From an uncultured Candidatus Micrarchaeota archaeon (GTDB lineage: Archaea > Micrarchaeota > Micrarchaeia > Anstonellales > Bilamarchaeaceae): a DNA stretch of 64,000 bases. Below the pieces are notes generated by a model. The model did not search any database, had not been told where the DNA came from, and worked only from the letters and a program-made list of their open reading frames with translations. Made by a program: the position numbers and the translations under genes. Location of the stretch: positions 36,813 to 100,812 of the forward strand of contig CAIKOA010000008.1 of the NCBI GenBank assembly GCA_903828955.1, read 5' to 3'. This document shows, in pieces, positions 56,495 through 64,000 of the stretch (positions are counted from its first letter, which is position 1; the number at the start of each line of letters is the position of its first letter).

Positions 56495-59400
56495 AAGTTT
56501 GGATATGTTGCATCCATGTAGTGGATGACTAGGCTAGTGCCAGCAAACTCACGTGGTAAGCTGCGATAAGCTTGGGTTAGGTGCACGCAACCATTGACCC
56601 CAAGATCTGAGTGAGTGCCCCTCGGGAAACTGAGGCGCACAGCTACCCCGGGAATTGAAACATCTAATTACCGGGTGGAAAAGAAACCAATTGGGATTCG
56701 GTTAGTAAGTGGACTGAAAGCCGAACAGGCCGTGCTGAATTCCCTGCAGCAATGCAGGGCAAATGTGGCGGGGAATATCCATTCTCTGAGCAGAAGTCCC
56801 CTGGAATGGGGTGCCATAGCGAGTGAAAGCCTCGTATGCGAAGGAGTGTGGAGTGAACCAAAACGAGTACCGTCCACCGGATAGCGGGCGGGAATATGGG
56901 GGTATCAACCTCCAAGCCTAAATATTGGGCATTAGACCGATAGCGAATGAGTAACGCGAGTGAACGTTGAAAAGGACCCCGGAAGGGGTGTTAAAAGAAC
57001 CTGAAACTACATGGAGACAGGAAGGTAAGGCATGAAAGGGTTATATGTTTGCCGAAGTGAATCCCAGAAATGGTTGGATCGAGGCAAAAGCACCAGTGTC
57101 TTATCATTCTTCTCGAAGCAAGAGCCAGGGAGTTTATCTGTGTGGCGAGACGAAAGTCGAAGCGAAAGCGAGCGTCCGCAGGTAACCAGGGACATCCTCT
57201 GAAAAGGGGACCAGTCACACAGATCAGACCCGAAGCCGGCGCGATCTACTCCTGACCAGGGTGAAGCCAGCCTGTCCGTTGGTGGAGGCCCGCAACCAGT
57301 GATGGTATATTCCTCTTGGGTGAGTCAGGTGTAGGGGTGATAGTCCAGTCGAGCTTGGCAATAGCGGGTTCCCCTCGAAATGTATCTCAGTACAGCGTCT
57401 TCCGAGGATGATAACGGGGTAGAGCACTGAATGGGAAGAGCGGCTCCGAAAGGTGTCACTTCCCTATCAAACTCCGAATTCGTTATCTCCGTAGACGAAG
57501 GCAGTCGGGTTCACGGGGTAAGCTTGTGAACCCTTACGGGAACGACCGTACGTGAGGTTAAGGGCCCTAAATTCTGGTTAAGTGTGAATACAAAGGAGCT
57601 TCTATCCTTAGACAGCTGGAAGGTAGGCTTAGAAGCAGCCATCCTTTAAACAACGCGTAATAGCGGACCAGTCGAGGATGCAGGTTCCGAAAATTGACGG
57701 GGCTAAACCAGATCCCGATACCCCACCCGAGCCAAAAGCTCGTGGAGTAGGGGGGCGAACGGGGCGGGTAGAAGCAAGGCGGTAACGTCTTGTGGACCGT
57801 TCTGTTATGAATATCCTGGTGTCAGTAGTAGCATATCCAAGTGAGAATCTTGGACGTCTGATAGGGCACGGTTTCCTCAGCCATGTTTGTCAGCTGAGGG
57901 TTAGGCGATCCTAAGTGGTGAGGTAACACCGGAGCCACGAAAGGGAAGCAGGTTAATATTCCTGCCCAACAGAGGTAGATGCGGCAACGCAAGTGCGGTT
58001 TTTGACCGCTTGGGATAAGCTGAGCCCGGGAGACCGGGTTTAACAGCGATACATCCATCGAGTCTTATCATGAGGAGAAGTGGATGAAACGCTGGAATAG
58101 GAGCAATCTTTGGCCGATTCCTGAGTGCCATGAAAAGAAAACCGTTCCGATCCTCTATTTCCGTACCTAGAACCAATACAGGTGCCCCTGGCTGAAAAGG
58201 CCCAGACGTGTTAAGACAACCCAGGCAAGGGAACTCGGCAAAATAGTCCCGTAACTTAGGAAGAAGGGATGCCTACCATCTTGTAGATGGTAGGTGGCAC
58301 TGACAAGGGGAGTGCGACTGTTTATCAAAAACACAGATCACCGCAAGGTCGTAAGGCTTAGTATGGTGGTCGACGCCTGCCCACTGCCAGTACCTGAACG
58401 CCCCATTCAAGGGGAAGAAGGGCTGGTAAAGAGCGGGGGTAACTCTGACCCTCTTAAGGTAGCGTAATACCTCGCCGCTTAATTGGCGGCTTGCATGAAC
58501 GGCGTAACGCCACTCCTACTGTCCCTGCCTGGGACTTAGTGAACTCATTGCCCGGTGAAGATACCGGGGACTTCCAGAGGGAAACGAAGACCCCGTGGAG
58601 CTTTACTATAGCCTGATGTTGCTGTATCGGTGTGGCTACCGAGCGTAGATGGGAGCCGTCGAGACCGTATCTCCGGATACGGTGGAGGCAAAATTGAAAC
58701 ACCATCTAGTTATGCTGATACTGCTTACCCGCAAGGGGACAGCATCAGGTGGATAGTTTGGCTGGGGCGGTACGCCCTCGATAGAAAAACAAGGGCGCCC
58801 AATGTTCTGCTCAGGCGGGTCAGAAATCCGCTGTAGAGGGTTAAAGACAAATGCAGGGCTGACTGTGTTCCTAAAAGCGTGGAACGCAGAGACGAAAGTC
58901 GGGCTTAACGAACCTTAGTATTCTATTGATGGGAATCTAAGCTGTCAGACAAGCTACCCCGGGGGTAACAGGCTCGTCGCGGGCGAGAGTACACATCGAC
59001 CTCGCGGCTTGGTACATCGCTGTCGGCTTGGGACATCCTGGTGGTGCAGGAGCCACCAAGGGTTGGGTTGTACATCCATTAAAGTCCCACATGAGCTGGG
59101 TTCAGTACGTCGCGAGACAGTACGGTAGTATCTTCTGGAAGTGTAGGTTCTTGAGGGGAAGGAACTTTGAGTACGAGAGGAACGGAGTCCCGGGGCCTCT
59201 GGTGTATCGGTTGTGTCAATGCATTGCCGAGCAGCTACGCCCTCCGTCGATAAGACCTGAAAGCATCTAAGGTCGAAGCGACACCCAAAACGAGGAACCA
59301 AAGACCGCCTATAGTAGATAGGTTTGATAGGAGCGGGGTGTAAGTCCTTAGCTAACGCGAGGGATTCAGCCTGCGCTTACTAAAGGTATAATCCCAAATT
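56495..59400 (+). rRNA. rrl: 23S rRNA, stand-alone (ends approximate)
   Basis: GAATTGAAACATCT; CTCTTAAGGTAGC; GAAGACCCCGTGGAGCTTTAC; AGTACGAGAGGAAC; closing stem 56483-56502/59394-59413. Confidence 0.97.
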
Positions 59401-59502
59401 TCATAGCTAGTTATCTTTTTCATTCTATTTTATTTTACTTCGTCTTAGCGTGAGCGCTGCCCAGTTCCTATCCCAAAATTAAGTTTAAGTTAAATCCGCG
59501 TT

Positions 59503-59805
59503 TTATTTCTTCTCCTTCTTTTCCGCGGGCTTCTCCGCCTTCTCTTTCCCAGCCCCCTTCTTGAACTCGGCTGCCCTGGCCGGGTCCTTCTTGGATAGAA
59601 GCGCAAACATCTGCTTTACGACTTCCCACTTTACTTCGCTAGCAGTTGCAGAGGATTTCAGCCGATCTAGGGCCCGCTCCACCACCCGGGAGGTTTCCCG
59701 CTCCGTAAGCTTTAGCCCGTAGTGCTGCTCGTAGTTTTGCATCGCGCTCTGCACAACCGGAGTTTCCGCCGCCCGCTCTTCCGGAGTAAGCATTTTCTCT
59801 GCCAT
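59503..59805 (-). CDS. Stand-alone shared N-terminal domain protein
   Basis: Clearly similar to residues 1-80 of 17900..19465. Confidence 0.8.
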   Translation of the reverse strand: MAEKMLTPEERAAETPVVQSAMQNYEQHYGLKLTERETSRVVERALDRLKSSATASEVKWEVVKQMFALLSKKDPARAAEFKKGAGKEKAEKPAEKKEKK

Positions 59806-59856
59806 GCATTAATTTCCCCACATTTCTTTTTATTGTTTTGCACCCATTTCTAAGCG

Positions 59857-60324
59857 ATGGCAACATTCAATTCCCAGACCCCCTACATAAAACAGATATC
59901 CCTCTACTTCGACAACTCAGACTACAAAAGCGCGCTTTTCCTCTCCGAGGAATTCGCATCCGCGTTCCCAAACGAAATGATTTCCCATTTCCTTTACGCA
60001 AAAGCCGCATTCTGGCTGGATTCCTTCGATACCGCAAGGGAGGAAGCGCTGAAGGCATTCAACCTCTGCAAGGGGCAGGACGACCTCGCGGTCGCGGGAA
60101 TCCTCCTCTCCTGCGTCTATTACAGCCAGAACGAATACGAAAAAGGGCTCGTCCTCCTCAACCTCCTGCGAACAAAGCTTCCCCAGAACGAAGAGATACA
60201 GAAATTGAAATTCATCTTCGCCCTCGCGCTCCACGACGAGGCCGCGGCAATGCGCCACCTGGAGGACCTCTACGACATAAACAAGAAATCTGCAAGCGAC
60301 TTCATAGTCAAATTCCTGGAGTGA
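59857..60324 (+). CDS. TPR-like helical protein
   Basis: FPNEMISHFLYAKAAFW; paralog of 61810. Confidence 0.82.
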   Translation: MATFNSQTPYIKQISLYFDNSDYKSALFLSEEFASAFPNEMISHFLYAKAAFWLDSFDTAREEALKAFNLCKGQDDLAVAGILLSCVYYSQNEYEKGLVLLNLLRTKLPQNEEIQKLKFIFALALHDEAAAMRHLEDLYDINKKSASDFIVKFLE

Positions 60325-60378
60325 GGCAGTAAAACCGCGCACGAGCTGTTTTTTAAAGAATATAAAAAAAGGAAAAAT

Positions 60379-61713
60379 TCAGGCGCTTATTTTTGAAAGC
60401 GCATCAAGCAGCTTTCTGTTCCTCGCGATATCATCTTCAAGGGCGGCCTTGTTCTGCGGCTCCCTGCGTATCTGAGTCTGCGTTGCAGTTATGTCATTCC
60501 GGATCTGGTCGCGAACCATGTTCAGGGCCTCCATTTTTTGTCTTTTATAAAGGCTCTCATACGAATCCGCGCCCAATGACTGCGCAACCGAATCCAGCCT
60601 CTTCTCTACCTCTTGCGTTGGGGACAGTACCGCAACCCCTGCCTCCTTCCTTTCAGCCTTTCTCGCTTTTTGTGCGCGCTCCTCTCCAGGCCCCTCGGTT
60701 TTAACGTTAATATCCCCGCCCGACATTCTCATCTGCCCTATTTCCGCAACCTCGCCTTCCTTAGCCGGCTTTATTTTAGGCTGTGCGGGTTCAGATTTTT
60801 TGGTTTCTGCAATCGCAACAGGAGGAGGCGCAGAAGGTTTCGTTCCCCCTGCGAGTACTTCCCGCGTTGTTTTGCCGCCCATCGCCCCGCCCATCTTCGC
60901 CATGGCAGCTTTTGCAAGCTGGCTGGCGAGTTCTTCATTAGAGATCGTTCTCCCTTTCTGCTCCCTTGCCGCGCTTCTTGCAGCAGCATCCGCCTTTCTT
61001 TGCTCTTCCCGCTGCTCCCTTTCCGCACGGGCTTCAGCTCTGGCTTGTGCCTCAGCTGCTTCCCCCTCGCGCTTCTTTTCTTCGCGTCTTGCAGCCCTCT
61101 CTTCCCGTGGCGTCATCTCTTTTTTGTGTTCCGGAATAATCAGGCTCTCGGAAGGGTGCTTCATCCTTTCGGGCTTTTCCGCCTCCGCAATTTTCGTTTC
61201 CTTCTTCTCCGGATAAACATCCTCAACAGCATAAAGCCCGGGCATCTTCTTCCTGCGTTCCTCATCCACTTTCTCATATGCAATCCGGAAAAGCGCCTCA
61301 TCCCTCGTCATTCCCCGCGAAGTAAGTTTTGCGATTTCCGCATCCGTTTTCCTTGCGCTTGCAATCGCAGCAGCCTGGTATTCCTTGAATTCCTTAGGCT
61401 GCACTTGCCTTAGGTATTCGCGCACCTCGGCAAAAGCATTAGGGGGCGGCTTTCCGGTCTTGTCCCATTTATCCAGAAGCTGCGTAACGGTATTCCTCAC
61501 TTCTTTAGGGGAAATATCAAATTGCCGCGCATAATACGCAAATGCCTTGGAAACATCCCCCGCAACTTCTTTTACGATCGCGCTAACTTCCTGCGAACGC
61601 AGATTCAGCCCATAAGTGGCCTGGTATTTGCTGATTGTGTCCATCACGACCTTCTCAATCATCGCTTCGGTGGGGGCCTTTCTCTCCACAGGGGGCATCT
61701 TGAGGTTGTCCAT
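60379..61713 (-). CDS. Divergent shared N-terminal domain + charged/coiled-coil cargo
   Basis: YQATYGLNLRSQEVS..SPKEVR resembles YQQHYGIKLTEQETS..TPSEVR. Confidence 0.78.
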   Translation of the reverse strand: MDNLKMPPVERKAPTEAMIEKVVMDTISKYQATYGLNLRSQEVSAIVKEVAGDVSKAFAYYARQFDISPKEVRNTVTQLLDKWDKTGKPPPNAFAEVREYLRQVQPKEFKEYQAAAIASARKTDAEIAKLTSRGMTRDEALFRIAYEKVDEERRKKMPGLYAVEDVYPEKKETKIAEAEKPERMKHPSESLIIPEHKKEMTPREERAARREEKKREGEAAEAQARAEARAEREQREEQRKADAAARSAAREQKGRTISNEELASQLAKAAMAKMGGAMGGKTTREVLAGGTKPSAPPPVAIAETKKSEPAQPKIKPAKEGEVAEIGQMRMSGGDINVKTEGPGEERAQKARKAERKEAGVAVLSPTQEVEKRLDSVAQSLGADSYESLYKRQKMEALNMVRDQIRNDITATQTQIRREPQNKAALEDDIARNRKLLDALSKISA

Positions 61714-61809
61714 GTTATTCTCTCTCAGCGGAAGTTTTTATTGTTTATGGTGGATGGGGATTTGGGGAAAAGCGCATCTTTTTTACCTTTCCCCTCCTAA
61801 TTCCGGTTC

Positions 61810-62286
61810 ATGCAGCAATTCACGTCCCCTTCGCCATACATGCGGCAGATTTCAATCTACCTGAAGCAGGAGAAATACCCGGAGGCGCACTCCCTCTCGG
61901 AAAAATTCGTGAATTCCTTCCCGGACAACATGATGGCGCACCTCCTTCTCGCAAAATCCTCCTTCTGGATAAATGATTTCCAAAATGCAAGGGACGAGGC
62001 AAAAAAGGCATACGGGATAGCAGAAGGTACCGCAGAGGTAATAATGGCGGGAATCCTTCTCGCGTGCTCCCACTACCGCCTGAAAGAATACGAAAAGGGG
62101 CTAAAACTCGTAAGGGCTCTCTTTGAGCAGGCTCCAAACATGGAGGAGCTCGTCAGCCTCAAGTTCGCATTCGCAATGGCATTGAGCGATGAGTCGGAGG
62201 CGGCAAGAAGCATCGAAATCCTCTACTCCATAGACAAAAAGGCGGGAAGGCGGCTCCTGGAAAGCGCGCTCCTTGGCGGCCCTTAG
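61810..62286 (+). CDS. TPR-like helical protein
   Basis: FPDNMMAHLLLAKSSFW; AGILLAC..EYEKGL; paralog of 59857. Confidence 0.82.
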   Translation: MQQFTSPSPYMRQISIYLKQEKYPEAHSLSEKFVNSFPDNMMAHLLLAKSSFWINDFQNARDEAKKAYGIAEGTAEVIMAGILLACSHYRLKEYEKGLKLVRALFEQAPNMEELVSLKFAFAMALSDESEAARSIEILYSIDKKAGRRLLESALLGGP

Positions 62287-62333
62287 GAAGCCTTTTTAAC
62301 CTGCTTTTCCTAAATCCCTCCACAGGTGAAAAA

Positions 62334-63122
62334 ATGAGAATTCTGATAATTGCATTATTGGTTGCAATGCTCTTCCTTGCCGGATGCCCCGGAGCGGGAA
62401 CTGGCCAGAAGGGCACAACAGGGACAACCTCCCAGGGCACAGGGGCCCAGGGCGCGGGAACGCAGCAGGGCGGCCTTCTTGGAGGAAGCTCAGGCGCTAG
62501 CGGAGGCGCAGGAACCGGGACTTCCGGCGGAACCCAGGGAGGCTCAAGCGGAGGAAATAATCCGTTTGCGAACTGGGACATGCAGGCAATGGTTGCCGCA
62601 GGCCAGCCGGTCTACTGCGAAGTGACCTACAACTCCAACGGCGTCTCTGACACCCAGAAGATGTACATAAAAGGGGAGAACATGCGGGTTGAAATGACAT
62701 CCCTCGTTGAAGGCCAGGCAACGCAGACCGTCATGATAATCAAGGGAAAAATGCAATACATGCAGCCGCAGCAGCCAATGCAACTAACTCAAGGAGCTAC
62801 CTGCGACTGGGTTTCCATAGACAGCGAAAAGCTCAAGGCGTGCATGCCGCAAGGCACAACGCCGCAGGAAGGCGTGGATACGGCCCAATACAATGAAACC
62901 CCGGCGAACTACAACTGCAATTACGGGACTTTCGGGGACGAGAAGTTCACGGTTCCCTCCATTCCGGCTTCTTGCGACCTTTCCACGCAGCTTTGCAACG
63001 CATATGCCGCGATGAACCAGGCAGGGGCAGGAGGCTATGGGAACGCAATGTCAGCGTGCCAGGGGCTTACCGGCCAGGCTTTGCAGGACTGCGTCCAGGC
63101 CCAGTACGGAACCGGAAGCTAA
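62334..63122 (+). CDS. Lipoprotein with Gly/Thr-rich linker
   Basis: LAGC lipobox; MYIKGENMRVE. Confidence 0.85.
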   Translation: MRILIIALLVAMLFLAGCPGAGTGQKGTTGTTSQGTGAQGAGTQQGGLLGGSSGASGGAGTGTSGGTQGGSSGGNNPFANWDMQAMVAAGQPVYCEVTYNSNGVSDTQKMYIKGENMRVEMTSLVEGQATQTVMIIKGKMQYMQPQQPMQLTQGATCDWVSIDSEKLKACMPQGTTPQEGVDTAQYNETPANYNCNYGTFGDEKFTVPSIPASCDLSTQLCNAYAAMNQAGAGGYGNAMSACQGLTGQALQDCVQAQYGTGS

Positions 63123-63212
63123 TCCCAACCGCATATCCATTTTTTTCTTCTTTTTTGCAGTTTCCCAGCCTCCGGGCGAGCCATTTTATTCCCTTCCATT
63201 TCTAGTTAGATA

Positions 63213-63710
63213 ATGGCAGAGATAAAAGATTTGAATATGCTCATTAAGAAAACCGTCCGGGACGGAGGGGTGCTTGCGCTCCTCTATTTCGACCTCCACG
63301 GAAACAACAAGGAGACCCTTGTGCAATTGGGTGCAGGCCTTGTGCAGAAAGTCCTCAATGAAGAAGGCGTGGTTTTCGCAAGGGGGGAAATAGACGAACC
63401 CATGGAGAACAACAAGCTCTTTTCCACCTCAATAGAGATGAAGGTGCTCACAGAGGACCTCTCCTCGCTTGCAGGGCTCTGCTCGAGCTTCTGCCCGTTT
63501 TCGCTTGAAGTCATAGAGCCACAGGGAATTTTCCTGGACACCGCGCATATGCAGGACCTGCTCATTTTCATTTCCACGAACTCTTATGATTACAAGAAAT
63601 ACATAATCGAGAAGGTCTCGACCCCGGAAACCAGGGCGGAATACGCAAAAAACCTACAAAACCGGGCGGAGATAGGCAAAAGGCTCCTTGAGAAGAAGGG
63701 CGCAGGCTAA
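63213..63710 (+). CDS. Hypothetical protein
   Basis: 165-aa ORF; FCPFSLEVIEP. Confidence 0.78.
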   Translation: MAEIKDLNMLIKKTVRDGGVLALLYFDLHGNNKETLVQLGAGLVQKVLNEEGVVFARGEIDEPMENNKLFSTSIEMKVLTEDLSSLAGLCSSFCPFSLEVIEPQGIFLDTAHMQDLLIFISTNSYDYKKYIIEKVSTPETRAEYAKNLQNRAEIGKRLLEKKGAG

Positions 63711-63719
63711 GGTGGAAAG

Positions 63720-64000
63720 ATGGCCGAAGTCATAAAGACCGGGATGCCGGGATTGGACAAGATGCTTGATGGAGGGCTCCCCAAGGGCTCAATCTCAACC
63801 ATAAGCGGCCCAACCGGCTCGGGAAAAAGCACCCTTGCCCTCCAGTTCTTGGTGAACGGCGCGCGGAAATACGAGGAAACCGGCCTTTACGTATTCATAG
63901 AGGAATCCCACGAAGCGGTATACAGGAACCTTTCCTACAAGGGCTGGAACCTTGAAGAATTGGAGCTCTCAAAGAAGCTGAATTTCATGGACTATCCGCC
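63720..64000 (+). CDS. KaiC/RecA-superfamily ATPase (partial)
   Basis: KTGMPGLDKMLDGGLPKG, GPTGSGKST, YVFIEES. Confidence 0.9.
   Translation, partial: MAEVIKTGMPGLDKMLDGGLPKGSISTISGPTGSGKSTLALQFLVNGARKYEETGLYVFIEESHEAVYRNLSYKGWNLEELELSKKLNFMDYP

Noticed and set aside
56413-59301. ORFs within the 23S region
   Set aside because: Spurious frames over rRNA; the ~2.9 kb length leaves no room for a homing-endonuclease intron

Overview
Archaeal chromosomal segment: TBP, Rpo4, eL21, proteasome alpha, Nop5, archaeal ThrS/TrpS/TpiA, SecF-SecD and PINA. Unlinked rRNA genes, GGTG-type SD sites and many orphan or Cys-rich surface proteins suggest a DPANN genome (Micrarchaeota-like; inference). It holds about 55 CDS, 7 intron-less tRNAs, a stand-alone 23S rRNA, two identical 5S rRNA genes and a likely C/D-box sRNA. 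I found no CRISPR array, integrase or transposase. Main observations: (1) a three-copy divergent cassette pairing a ~155-aa TPR-like gene with a protein that has a shared ~80-aa N-terminal domain and variable C-terminal cargo, resembling a chaperone/effector or polymorphic system; (2) two families of dispersed structured non-coding elements at 3' ends of tRNAs, an sRNA and genes, some flanked by direct repeats; (3) a beta-barrel-like/transglutaminase gene between duplicated 5S units; (4) Nop5 with a ~245-aa Arg/Gly-rich N-terminus; (5) a uORF plus 15-bp stem hiding the glmU start; (6) a probable AUA start codon; (7) substitutions at conserved peptidyl-transferase-centre positions. All family calls come from motif recognition by eye, not database searches.
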